This document shows, piece after piece, positions 1-11,500 of a stretch of 64,000 bases of DNA. The position numbers and the translations under genes are program-made. Positions within the stretch are counted from its first letter, which is position 1, and every line of letters begins with the position of its first letter. The notes under the pieces were generated by a model. That model ran no database searches. It was given only the letters and a program-made list of their open reading frames with translations, and was not told the DNA's origin. Source of the stretch: Octopus vulgaris (taxonomy: Eukaryota); assembly GCA_951406725.2 (NCBI GenBank), contig OX597820.1, forward strand, positions 103,974,001 through 104,038,000, in the 5' to 3' direction.

Positions 1-7
1 ACACACA

Positions 8-70
<63 letters not shown>

Positions 71-197
71 CCTTTGTCACACACTTTCACACAGAAAATC
101 AAATTCCTCAAAAAATCAAAATCAAAAATAAAACACCGTAAGATCTAAAGGATGTTCACAGTTAATATTGTTAGAGTGACTGTCAAAGAAGGAAAAC

Positions 198-242
<45 letters not shown>

Positions 243-380
243 TTAATCCAAACAAGAAAACAAAAAGACAACAACGCGAGGATGTGGAACAAATAAAGTA
301 TTATTGGACGCTCAGGAAAGAAATATATATATATATATATATATACCTTATATATAAGAAATATATATATATATATATAT

Positions 381-740
381 ACCTTATTAACAAATAAAAG
401 AGGATCCCACTACCAGGATAGACACAACAACATCCACACCACGAGGGGACAACAAGGTAATTTTCACTTTCTCAACTCTCACAATACACAACAAACCCAT
501 ACCACTCGATACAAGCACCCACGCAGGCCACTCATATCACCACAATCCATCACAACACAAAGAAACACACACCAACACCCGCAATACAGGAACACCCCAT
601 TCTATCCACAACCACGAACCCGAACCATATTTCACAACAAGGAATATAACAAACACACAGGACCTCCTAACACCAACAGACAACCCCTCTACCCCAACCA
701 TTTTTTAGACACAGCACACAGATACAGGCAAACAAAATAA
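381..740 (+). CDS. Upstream open frame (T/H/Q/N/P/R-rich, no ATG in the window) overlapping pol, which lies in its -1 frame
   Basis: Hand translation gives about 120 stop-free codons (TLLTNKRGSH...PLYPNHFLDTAHRYRQTK*). It overlaps the pol frame at 671-740. Confidence 0.5.
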   Translation, partial: TLLTNKRGSHYQDRHNNIHTTRGQQGNFHFLNSHNTQQTHTTRYKHPRRPLISPQSITTQRNTHQHPQYRNTPFYPQPRTRTIFHNKEYNKHTGPPNTNRQPLYPNHFLDTAHRYRQTK

Positions 741-3025
741 CACAGGACAGGGAAGAGAAACATAAACTAATTAAAGTCATCAATTTAACCAATACAGAAC
801 CCAACCCCAACCTTCTCAACTTACTCTCCAAAGGTCTGAAATTCACACCAACCCCCCCACGTCCAAACTACTACGAAATGAAGGAAGACATTACAGAATT
901 TTGTAGAAAATTGCGACTTAGTGAGGAACTATTCGACCAGCACAAAGAGGATGAGTCACTAGCTAGAAATAAAAGCAACTACACCCCACGAAAAGGTAGA
1001 AATAAAATCCTAGACGAATTCTGTGAGCACATTACAAACTTCCCCTACCAACACTTACACAAACCAAAACCCAAACCAAACCTCAACAAGAAAGAGTGGG
1101 AAGAATTAAACAAATTAAAAAATGAAAGATCTATCACCATTAAAGAGGCCGATAAAGGAAGTGCAGTAGTCTTAATGGAGACAGAATACTATATCAACTT
1201 AGCACTCTCCACCTTGGAAAATGGAACATATTACGAAAAGGCTGAACACTACAATCAACAGAAAATTATGAGAAACTTAAAAACCCTGATCAACCCCCAC
1301 AAAGAAGAACTCACTAACAAAGAATTCAACTTCATCACAAATTTCACTAGTAAAACCAGCCTCTTCTACGGTATTCCCAAAATTCATAAAAGCGAATTAA
1401 TAAGTAAGGCATGCAAGGAAGCCACAAACTCTGTAATCAATGTCCCCTCACCAAATGACCTCAAATTGAGACCTATAATAGCAGGTCCCGCTTGCGAAAC
1501 CCACCGCCTTAGCAACTTCATTGATACCCTTCTCAAGCCGTTCCTCAAACACATTAAAAGCTACATAAGGGACGATCTAGATATGCTCAACCACCTCCCC
1601 AATACACTTCTTGCTGAACAAACCCTGCTAGTAACATTCGATGTAGTCAATCTTTACTCCAACATCCCCCACAACCTAGGAATAGAAGCTATCCAATTCT
1701 GGCTGGATAATTACTCCAACGAACTCCCACACCGCATCAAAAAGGAATTTATTTTAGAAGGACTCAAATTCATCTTAGAGAATAATTTCTTCACCTTCAA
1801 CAACAAATTCTACAGACAGAAATCAGGGACGGCAATGGGAACGAAAACAGCTCCCACTTACGCCAACTTAGTCATGGGATACCTGGAAATCACCCTCTAT
1901 AATAACGTTCTTAACCAATTTGGCACCACTCTCCACACACACATAGAGAAGAACTGGAAGAGATATCTTGATGACTGCTTCATCCTTTGGCCCGAAACCG
2001 TCGAGAAGCTTAACGAATTTCACACTCTTATAAATGGGCTCAACACAAACATTATTTTCACAATGGAATACAGCCCTCAACAAATTCCCTTCCTCGACAT
2101 CCTCATTAAAATTCACAACAAAAAAATAGAAACAGACATATACTACAAGCCCACAGACTCCAAGCAATACCTCCCTTTCAATTCATGCCACCCTAGACAC
2201 GTTAAAATTAACATTCCCTACAACTTAGCCAAGAGAATTTGCACTATAGTCTCCAATAAAAACACCCGTCTCTTACGTCTACAAGAACTCAAGGGCACAT
2301 TAACAAGCAGGGATTACCCCACGTCACTAATTGACAATGGGATCCAACGCGCCCTAAAACTCAGCACGCAGGAACTTAGACGCCCTAAACCTGTTACATC
2401 GAAACCCCATACTCTACCATACATCTCTACACACAACCCCCTCAACAATGAAGCTTTTGACACCATCCTCCAGAACATTCCTGTATTACGAAAGGACCAT
2501 AGAATGAACCAAATCCTCCTAACACACGAAATCATAAAGAGCAAAAGGCAACCCAAATCATTGAAAACCATCCTAACAAATGCCAAAGTACTGCCAACCA
2601 CAACAACTAAACCCACAGTAAACAAATGCAATAGACCCAACTGTGGTATATGCATCAACCTAATAGAAGGTCCGGAATTCCTTTTTAAACAAGGACAACG
2701 TTTCACAGTAAAACACAACTTCACATGCGCATCAGAAAACCTAGTATATGTCTTAACTTGCTCGGGCTGTAATGAACACTACATAGGCCAAACAAAAAAT
2801 AGCCTCCGCCAACGCATGACTGTCCACAGATCCCAAATAAAAATACAGGAATATAGAAAAATAGCATTTAGTGCACATATTGATACCTGTGCCGCACAAC
2901 TCCATCCCAATTTTAGAATCTTTCCCCTCTACAAATTTAAAGACAATGCCACTCATACCCAGCGAATAACCATGGAATCCCACCTTATTAATAAATACAG
3001 ACCACTTCTAAACACATGCCCCTAA
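671..3025 (+). CDS. PLE reverse transcriptase-GIY-YIG endonuclease polyprotein (frame open from 671; first ATG at 878)
   Basis: RT motifs FYGIPKIHK, LRPII, FDVVNLYSNIP, QKSGTAMG, RYLDDCF, IPFLD, YYKPT. Zn-knuckle CNRPNCGIC. GIY-YIG motif LVY...YIGQT...RMTVH. The in-frame PLE N-terminal motif VINLT...LLSKGLKFTPTP lies upstream of ATG 878. Confidence 0.95.
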   Translation, partial: HQQTTPLPQPFFRHSTQIQANKITQDREEKHKLIKVINLTNTEPNPNLLNLLSKGLKFTPTPPRPNYYEMKEDITEFCRKLRLSEELFDQHKEDESLARNKSNYTPRKGRNKILDEFCEHITNFPYQHLHKPKPKPNLNKKEWEELNKLKNERSITIKEADKGSAVVLMETEYYINLALSTLENGTYYEKAEHYNQQKIMRNLKTLINPHKEELTNKEFNFITNFTSKTSLFYGIPKIHKSELISKACKEATNSVINVPSPNDLKLRPIIAGPACETHRLSNFIDTLLKPFLKHIKSYIRDDLDMLNHLPNTLLAEQTLLVTFDVVNLYSNIPHNLGIEAIQFWLDNYSNELPHRIKKEFILEGLKFILENNFFTFNNKFYRQKSGTAMGTKTAPTYANLVMGYLEITLYNNVLNQFGTTLHTHIEKNWKRYLDDCFILWPETVEKLNEFHTLINGLNTNIIFTMEYSPQQIPFLDILIKIHNKKIETDIYYKPTDSKQYLPFNSCHPRHVKINIPYNLAKRICTIVSNKNTRLLRLQELKGTLTSRDYPTSLIDNGIQRALKLSTQELRRPKPVTSKPHTLPYISTHNPLNNEAFDTILQNIPVLRKDHRMNQILLTHEIIKSKRQPKSLKTILTNAKVLPTTTTKPTVNKCNRPNCGICINLIEGPEFLFKQGQRFTVKHNFTCASENLVYVLTCSGCNEHYIGQTKNSLRQRMTVHRSQIKIQEYRKIAFSAHIDTCAAQLHPNFRIFPLYKFKDNATHTQRITMESHLINKYRPLLNTCP

Positions 3026-3504
3026 CACGAACCCACAACAAACACACTTACACCTGCACACACCCTACACACACCTTTACCCAGATATTAACACCATGAC
3101 ACACACAAATATATGGTTCCACACATACACATAATTGAATACGGGTGCAAAACATCCAACACTATTTTTTGGAAATGGCTGTAAATATTGACTTCACACA
3201 AATACGTTGCTTCCCGATACAGGCACAAGGTCAGCAGAACTATAAATATTGAAAATTTTACCCACACACACACACATATATACACGCGCGCGCGCCCCAA
3301 CATACATATAAACACACACACGCGCGCGCGCGCGCACACACATACATACATACAGCTCTCCCTGTTCTAAACGAACTTACTTATCCAGTCAAGCGGAAAA
3401 TACACTCCCTAACTACGCGCTAAAAAGCTATTTAAAATATCCACATGACGTCTACTGACCAGCCTGAACAATAAGAATTTTCAACAACACTATTTTCGAA
3501 AATT

Positions 3505-3720
3505 CTAAACATTCACGTGACCTCTTTATTATGGCCAATAAGAAATTTTAGGCGGGACACTAGCCAAATTTTAACTTCTCTGGAGCCTTTTTTCTTACCC
3601 CAACACCAACTTCCATTCAAACATTCACGTGACCCCTTCATAATGACCAATCAAAATTTTAGGCGCGAAACCAAGCAAATCCCAAACAACTCTGGAGCCT
3701 CTTTTTTTCACATATAAGAG
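3505..3720 (+). promoter_or_regulatory. Putative PLE pLTR Pol II promoter: two ~112 bp repeats of E-box/CCAAT/E2F-like sites, then TATA
   Basis: CACGTG at 3514 and 3626, CCAAT at 3535 and 3647, GGCGGGA at 3551, GGCGCGAAA at 3662, TATAAG at 3713. Confidence 0.55.
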
Positions 3721-3742
3721 ACAGACTCTAATCTCTCTTTTA

Positions 3743-3782
3743 TATTTTGATAAGCATAACAAATGCGCAACCGGTAAAAAGA
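3743..3782 (+). ncRNA. Minimal hammerhead-like motif of the PLE (U3-A8 core; GAAA box reads GCAA)
   Basis: TTGATAA-GCAT/ATGC-GCAA-CCGG-TA. Stem III is palindromic, stem I is weak, and the A13C change probably inactivates it. Confidence 0.55.
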
Positions 3783-3842
3783 ACTTTCACCTAATTAAAT
3801 TACTTAAATTACTTCAATTATTTGTCAGCATTTTCTTCATTT

Positions 3843-3893
<51 letters not shown>

Positions 3894-3895
3894 AG

Positions 3896-3974
<79 letters not shown>

Positions 3975-3981
3975 CAGCGGA

Positions 3982-4036
3982 ATTTTGTCAGTGAACAGGT
4001 CGCGGTCTCAAAGCAACGAAAATATTTTGACAAATT
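3982..4036 (+). ncRNA. Type I hammerhead ribozyme with G3-C8 core
   Basis: Stem I TTTGTCA/TGACAAA, core GTGAACA, stem II GTCGC/GCAAC, GAAA, palindromic AATATT, UU cleavage site. The element's 3' tail (4070-4185) recurs inverted at about 39585-39690. Confidence 0.75.
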
Positions 4037-4460
4037 AAATTTAAATGTTGAAGTGAATCTAACGGTTTTTGTGTGTTTCTTAAATGGCTTATAAACACCT
4101 TCCACGCTGCAATTGTTTTCGTTTCAGCATACGATCTCAGATCAGGTCACTTTCTATGCAAGTACATCTCCGTAATATATATATATCAAAAGGGTATATT
4201 CCACAGCCATACCAACAATCCAACATGCCTCTATCATCAGCTGCCCCACGGATATCATTATGGTTCGACACCTGGGCAGTGCCATTCAATCCGGTGGGGT
4301 CAACAGCACTAAAATAAGTGTTGGTTGGGAACAAATAAACCAAAGAAACCACAACTTTAAAACACATTTACCCTATGTACAACCGGATCGATAAATAAAT
4401 TCAATAAGTAAATTACAACCACTCCTAAATATGTAACTAAACAGCGACAAATTTACTAAG

Positions 4461-4500
<40 letters not shown>

Positions 4501-5479
4501 ATATATAAGCAATAATAAATCTCTGAGCGCGGTATAAGCAGTAGCTGCACGACATCGTGAAGTATATTTGCCACTTAAATGTGGCTAACCCCGAAGGGTG
4601 GATGCTACTGTAGATTGTAGCCCCATGAGGACACCTCCTCCAGCTGGCCATTGACACACTTTCTGTGCCCTATCACTATTTGCAAAGGGAAGCCATCCTT
4701 CCCATCGTCGACCTGATGTGATACACACGGACCCAGGTTTCTGAGTTACTCCTTACTTCGATGGCTATAGACTTTTTCGCCATCCTTGCATGTTCTTAAC
4801 GTGCATACATCTATGCCTACATACACACACATACATCTTATTCTTATGACGGCCTGTCTATTATTCTGTATATATGACGCACACACAATCACACATGTTA
4901 ACATATCAATAAATCTTCTCTTAAACATTCTACCCGGTAATGTAACTTATTTCCCTCTGGCACATATATGCATTATTCTATTTATGTTTATTGTATCGAC
5001 CGTGTGATGTACTAAGGAGCCATTCTCATTACGTTGCTTCGCACGGACGTCACAAATCGGCGACCCTTTCCAGCTCCTTGAAACTACAAAACAATTATAA
5101 TGGGAGAAGGAGATACTCCACAGGCATCTAAACCTTTAATTTCATTATAAGCTTCTCCAACCTCATATCACTTGCATTAGTAGCTTACTGTTAGAAAGAC
5201 AAAAAAAAACTGTAATATTGTTTATTAATATAAGATTTCTGTCGGTAAAAGTAAGTTAAAAAGAAATAATTTATAATAGAAAACTAATTTTTGTTCGAAT
5301 CTAGCATTATCTTCCATCAAAGACCTTGTTATTTTATTCTTCAGTAACGTTAAACCTTGAGCCGTTATGTGCTTAGTGTCATAGAAAAATTTTACAAAAC
5401 GCTTTTCCATTTCTTACTGGTATCGAGGTTGTTTATAAAGCGAATATTTCCTCTTTATAAACATTGTCTATAAACAGGA

Positions 5480-5740
5480 AGTATCCCTAATTCGCTACTC
5501 CTGAAAATTTCTAAAGTTCACTCTTTGTGATTTTCCCTAGTTCTGGTTGTATTTGCTGTTTGTATATTTTGACACATTCATAAAAAGAATTTCAGGTCTT
5601 ACCAATGTAAATTCCTTTGTTGGGACATATTAAGCACTATATCAAATTTTCTGTCTTGCAGTTCATGTCTGTGTTTATTTTGAAAGACTGTGAGCCTTTG
5701 AATTTCATCTCAGATCTAAATAATTGCAGCTGTCTCTACT
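5480..5740 (-). pseudogene. Decayed PLE GIY-YIG fragment
   Basis: Minus strand reads NCKTENLI*CLICP...GIYIGKT, parallel to the intact PLE endonuclease region. Confidence 0.6.
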
Positions 5741-5782
5741 GTATGTTTCTTCCCTAATCACACGCCTGCTATACCTACAAGC

Positions 5783-6192
5783 AGAGCCGGACTAAGACCC
5801 ATTGAGGCCCTAAGTATTTAAAATATTTTGGTGCTACCATATATATGTAATTCAAAATCTAAACAATAATAAGCCATAATTTTTTTTTTCTTCAAAATGA
5901 TACAAAACTAAGAGTAAGATGGGAGAAAATGTTTATTTTATCTTTTTATGCTTCCATTTTATATTTCAAAAGTTACTTTTTTTTAATTGTAAAGTCTTCG
6001 ATCAAATCCTCACTATGACACCATGAACACTTTGAAATTATATATCCGATTATATACACTACCTCGAATATTATTTTAGTAAGTTTAAACTGATTTCTTT
6101 TGTGCCGTAAACAATTTACCATTTCTGTGGTATCCCCACTTCCTTTGATGCCCTAAGCACGTGCTTATTTTGATTAATGGTTAATCCAGCGT
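5783..6192. mobile_element. MITE-like element (hAT-like termini)
   Basis: Imperfect termini AGCCGGACTAAG...TTAATCCAGCG with GCCCTAAG subterminal repeats. Confidence 0.35.
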
Positions 6193-6699
6193 TCCTTGCA
6201 AGATATTAACTGAAAATTCGGAATTATTTTCTGACGTGAATTTTGCCTTTATAAGATGTTTTTCAAAGGTTTTTTTTTTTAGTTGACGTTTCCTGTTGAA
6301 GATTGAGCTTTCGTTGACTAGGTTTCAGTTTTGTGCTTAGCAACAGGATTAGATCGGCCTAGACGGCAATAAATATGTTTGTCACTCCTAGATAACGAGC
6401 GTCGATAACACGAACAATATCCTTCTCACATTTTTAGACATGTCCACCTTTTTTGTTATGTTTTTCTTAAAACCCCGTTGCCTATCAAATATTAAGGACA
6501 TCCGACCTTTCTTACTGATAGCAGATTTTATCTTTTCTGACAATAATCTTTATTTTTTAATTTATTAGTGTATTATTCTGATAACGGACGATAGTATTTT
6601 ATACCGTCGCGCGCGCATGCATGCGTAGATATATACCTGACAGTGCCATTATTATTGTTTTTTGTTGACCCTTTCTTCCAGTCTAGCCAGGCCCAAACC

Positions 6700-6925
6700 T
6701 ATTTCTTTACTACCCACAAGGGGCTTAACACAGAGAGGACAAACAAGTACAGACAAACGGATTAACTCGATTACATCGACCCCAGTGCGTAACTGATACT
6801 TAATTTATCGACCTCGAAAGGATGAAAAGCAAAGTCGACCTCGGCGGAATTTGAACTCAGAACGTAACGGCAGACGAAATACGGCTGCGGATTTCGCCCG
6901 GCGTGCTAATGTTTCTGCCAGCACG
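6700..6925 (-). mobile_element. tRNA-derived SINE (Meta-domain-like core), monomer
   Basis: A/B-box head and GCCTTTCATCCTTTCGGGGTCGATAAA-type core, shared with many copies in the window. Confidence 0.85.
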
Positions 6926-7429
6926 CCTCTCAGCTGGTATGGCCCTTTCTATTGCTCTAGTCCAGCACCAAGCCACTTTTCAACATCCCAGCCAAATGGA
7001 AGGTGGCATGGTGATGGAATGATACGGTAGATAGAAACATAAAAGACATGAGAAGGGCCTGGATAGCTTGAAGAAAAGGAACAACAAAGTATAGAGCAAT
7101 ATCAAGTAGCTAGACGTTAGGTATAATTCAATGAAAAAGAGACGCCGAAAGTGAATGGTTTTGCTAATATTCTGAGTAGCAGTGTGTATGTTATCATTCA
7201 GGGTAGAATGATTACGTAGAAAAACAAGAGGCATAGAAGAACTATTACGAAATGTTGAATGAAGGGAATGCATTTGAGCGAGAGAGGAGGAGGAGGAGGA
7301 GGAGGAGGAGGAGGAGAGACAGAGTGAGTGAGGAAGAGAGAGAAAAAGAGAAAGAGAATAAAAGAATGGGAAGAGGGAGAAACTTCTCTTAGTAGATTCA
7401 AGCTGACAGTATGGTACAGGCGAAATCCG

Positions 7430-7760
7430 AAAGATGTGAAGGAAGAGTACACAGCTGGTCCATCAGGAATTGTCCCTGAGATGCTTTAAATATCTGACGC
7501 AGCGAGGCGTGCGCTTAACCAGCGGATAGTAGAATAACGTGGTAGACCTAACAATTGGCGTAACAGTTTTATCGTCAACTGCTTCAAATGTGATGCACCA
7601 GAGAGAGGCAATTCAAACTCATAAAACTGTTGTAACAGGTTAGAATAGTTAAAGAAAGAGTTATAGCAAAACTGATTAGGAAGAGAATTAACCGAAATAA
7701 AATATAGATCAATTTGGCGTGCAGGCAGGAGTCAATCAGGGCCTAAACCTAAACTCCTTT
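7430..7760 (+). pseudogene. Decayed RTE-type LINE RT fragment
   Basis: AGPSGIVPEML*...NWRNSFIVNCFK..DAPERGN resembles the N-terminal RT region of RTE LINEs. Confidence 0.55.
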
Positions 7761-8350
7761 CTTATTTCTTTACTGTCCACAAGGGGCTACACAGAGAGGA
7801 CAAACAAGGACAGACAAACGGATTAAGTCGATTATATCGACTTCAGAGCGTAACTGGTACTTATTTATTCGACCCCGAAAGGATGAAGGGCTAAATCGAT
7901 CTCGGCGGATATTTGAACTCAGAACGTAGCGGCAGATGAAATATCTATTTCTTTACAACCCACAAGGGGCTAAACACAGAGAGGACAAACAAGGATAGTC
8001 AAACGGATTAGGTCGATTATATCGACCCCAGTGCATAACTGGTACTTAATGTATGGACCCCGAAAGGATGAAAGGCAAAGTCGACCTCGGTGGATATTTG
8101 AACTCAGAACGTAGATGCAGACGAAATACCTATTTCTTTACTACCCACAAGGGGCTAAACATAGAGGGGACAAACAAGGACAGACAAACGGATAAAGTCG
8201 ATTATATCGACTTCAGAACGTAACTGGTACTTATTTAATCGACCCCGAAAGGATGAAAGGCAAAGTCGACCTCGGCGGAATTTGAACTCAGAACGTAACG
8301 GCAGACGAAATACGGCTACGCATGCTAACGACTCTGCCAGTTCGCCGCCT
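7760..8350 (-). mobile_element. Head-to-tail trimer of the Meta-like SINE
   Basis: Three ~185 bp units with junctions at about 7945 and 8130. Confidence 0.85.
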
Positions 8351-8901
8351 AAAACCTGTACTCCTTTCTGTTTGTCATAATCCTCCAGGATTAATCGAGA
8401 AGTTAATATGTAAAATATAGTGTTTAAAAGAGAAGACTGTCTTACATGGAAGATAACAATTGTATAAAGAAATGCCGAGCACTCAAAGTGGCTGGAAGAT
8501 ATAGGACGATGTAATAAAGACTGATCTCAAGAAGTTGTATCACGCGAAGGAGATAACAAAAAAATCACTCGTGCGTACGTGACAAAACAAACGTTAAAAT
8601 GATATTAGCAATGGCGATCGGGAAGTATATATGTCTACATAGGGCTTTTTTCCATTATATTCTAGGTGGATTTCCTTCTCCTTCTCTTTTATCTTTAATA
8701 CTTCTTCATCTAAGACTTAACATCTCTCCTAACGAGATACTGCATCAGATCTAATTCACTTTACTCCTATCACGAAACCTGTGTAACAAGGGACTATTTT
8801 CGATGAACCTTGCCATCACTATTTTTTTATCGTTAGCCATTTCTCCCTTATGGAGACTGTCAGAATGATGTAGACACCTCTGATGAGAACCCAATAAGTT
8901 A

Positions 8902-9205
8902 GGAGGCACATGGCCTAGTGGTTAGAGCAGCGGACTCACGGTCGAGGGATCGCGGGTTCGACTCTCAGACCGAGCGATGTGTGTGCTTATGAGCGAAACA
9001 CCTAAGCTCCACACAGCTCCGGCAGAAGGTAATGGCGAAACTTCTGCTGATTCTTTCGCCACAACTTTCTCTCACTCTTTCCTCCTGCATCTTGCAGCTC
9101 ACCTGCGACGGACCAGCGTCCCGCCCAGGTGAGGAACCTATACACCAAGAAACCGGGAAACCGGCCCTTATGAGCGAGGTATGGCTCGAGAAGGAACAAA
9201 CAACA
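8902..9205 (+). mobile_element. tRNA-derived SINE with RTE-like 3' tail
   Basis: TGGCCTAGTGG A-box and GGTTCGACT B-box. Related copies at 28405-28727 (+), 61830-62200 (-) and 63410-63712 (-). Confidence 0.8.
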
Positions 9206-9830
9206 ATCTCTCCCTTATGACCATGTCACTTATTATTGGCTTTCACTTCTCTCTCTTACCATCGTCAAGCTCTATTACTATCCATCATTTACCCAGTCTT
9301 TCTTTCACCAGTAAACATGTAACTCTTATCACTGCCTCTCTTCCGTTACTTCTTCCAATCTCTCTCTGTCTCTGTCTCTCTCTCATTCTCCCTCTTGGAT
9401 CGTCTCACACTGGTTTCTGTGTTATTGATCTCTGTTCTGCCCCTCTTAACCACGTTGCTTTGGAGAAACAGTGGGTAGTGAGATCTCTTTAGTCTTACAG
9501 AATACAATGCAGCCTTAGTAGCGATGGTGACGACAATATGAAATGCACCTAAATACACTCTGTAAATTGATTGGCGAAATGAGGACACTATATAGTATCG
9601 AAAAGGCCTTTCAGTCTTACCGAGGACATGACAAATTTTCAAGTATTGGTGCCATGATAAGATGCACCCAGTGCATTCTGTAAAATGATTCGTGTCGGTA
9701 AAGGTAGCCAACTATTGAACCTTTGACAAAAATGTAACGTTCGAAAGAGACGCAGTCCTTCACCTGTCTAGAATGACTGTAGTTTGAATAAAACTGACTT
9801 TTACCTGTGACTCAATTCCCTGAAGTAATA

Positions 9831-9925
<95 letters not shown>

Positions 9926-9955
9926 ACTCTCCCCAGACACAATAGTATATATATG

Positions 9956-10300
9956 GAAGGCGCATGGCTCAGTGGTTAGAGCGTCGAGCTTACGATCGTG
10001 AGGTTGTGAGCTCGAATCCCAGACCGGGCTGCGTGTTGTGTTCTTGAGCAAGACACTTTATTTCACGTTGCTGCAGTTCACTCAGCTGTAGAAATGAGTT
10101 GCGACGTCACAGGTGCCAAGCTGTATCGGTCTTTGCCTTTCCCTTGGATAACACTGGTGGTGTAGAGAGGGGAGGCCGATATGCATGGGCGACTGCTGGT
10201 CTTCCATAAAACAACCTTGCGCGGACTTGTGTCTAGGAGGGTAACTTTCTAGGTGCAATCCCATGGTCATTCATGATCGAAGGGGGTCTTTACCCTTTTT
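9956..10300 (+). mobile_element. tRNA-derived SINE inserted in (TA)n
   Basis: TGGCTCAGTGG A-box, B-box and TTGAGCAAGACACTT core. Related copy at 51485-51735 (-). Confidence 0.8.
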
Positions 10301-10310
10301 TTTATATATA

Positions 10311-10581
10311 TACTATTGTGTCTGGGGAGAGTCTTTTTCTTTTTGTGCCTTATTATGTAACACACTCACCGGTAAAATTTCCACATTTCTTATTTTTATT
10401 GTCCTAAAATTTTCATTGTGTCTTGCAACCTTTTCAATAGTTTTGAGTCAAGACTATTGAAAAGGTTGCAAGACGCAACGAAAATTTTAGGACAATAAAA
10501 ATAAGAAATGTGGAAATTTTACCGGTGAGTGTGTTACATGATAAGGCACAAAAAGAAAATGACTCTCCCCAGACAAAATAG
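10311..10581. repeat. Fold-back element (~130 bp arms) carrying two U3-A8 hammerheads
   Basis: The arms are reverse complements. The plus-strand motif at 10454-10490 is CTA-TTGAAAA-g-GTTGC/GCAAC-GAAA-AT-TT-TAG. Its mirror copy is at 10403-10440. Confidence 0.85.
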
Positions 10582-10973
10582 AATATGTTTCAACACACGA
10601 ACTCATATAAAGAATCTTGCAAAACAAATCCAAAAACGAAATATATATATATATATAATGGAAAATTAAGATAAACACCATGATAAATATTTAGTTCCTA
10701 CATATTTTTCACCATTACAGTTATTTGGAACTCAGCATTGGATGTTCAAAGTGCAGTTGGATGCCTAGCTGCAATGCATCATCAGGGGAACACTTTATTG
10801 TATTCTATTACAGAGATCTAATATGTATTGGTGTTTCTAAATATGACTAGGGTGTGAGAACATATCAGTACATATGTATACAATTATGTGCTTTAACTAC
10901 AGCATTAGAACTTTTTAGCCTTTATTTCTAGCAATGCAGGTGTTCTGACACTCTGGTTATATTTAGTGGCAAT

Positions 10974-11064
<91 letters not shown>

Positions 11065-11125
11065 ATAAATACATACATACATATACAAATAAATAACACT
11101 GAGCCAACAAAAACCTTGTTCCGTC

Positions 11126-11169
<44 letters not shown>

Positions 11170-11500
11170 TATTGGACCTCTGTCTAATCATTAAAACATT
11201 GATTTGATTATGAACATAGAAAGAAATTATACATTAATCCCTATTTTTGTAAGCAGTGGTATCCGTAAAAAAATTTATTTGCAGAGAGCAGAAATTGAAA
11301 GAAGATATATGAAACTATGTTTTTGTTTTTATGTTTTCGTTTCTCATTCCGTTCCACGTTTTTTTTATGTCCTGTACCCATATATGCATGTATATATACA
11401 TATATATGTAGGTATGTACATATATGTATGCATATATACATATATTTATATATTATTTATAATATATATATAAATGATTTAATAAAGACAATAATATATA

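Larger units (their letters stand above)
381..3850 (+). mobile_element. Penelope-like retroelement (Neptune-like), probably 5'-truncated, flanked by (TA)n
   Basis: Long RT plus GIY-YIG ORF, a 3' UTR with promoter-like tandem repeats and a hammerhead-like motif, and (TA)n tracts at both ends. Confidence 0.93.

Noticed and set aside
5000-5090. AAGGAGC/GCTCCTT stem followed by GAAAC
   Set aside because: The core is degenerate and there is no stem III or stem I partner. At best it is a relic.
8902-8975. tRNA gene-like sequences here and at 9956-10030
   Set aside because: They continue into SINE bodies, recur as diverged copies and lack a proper acceptor stem.
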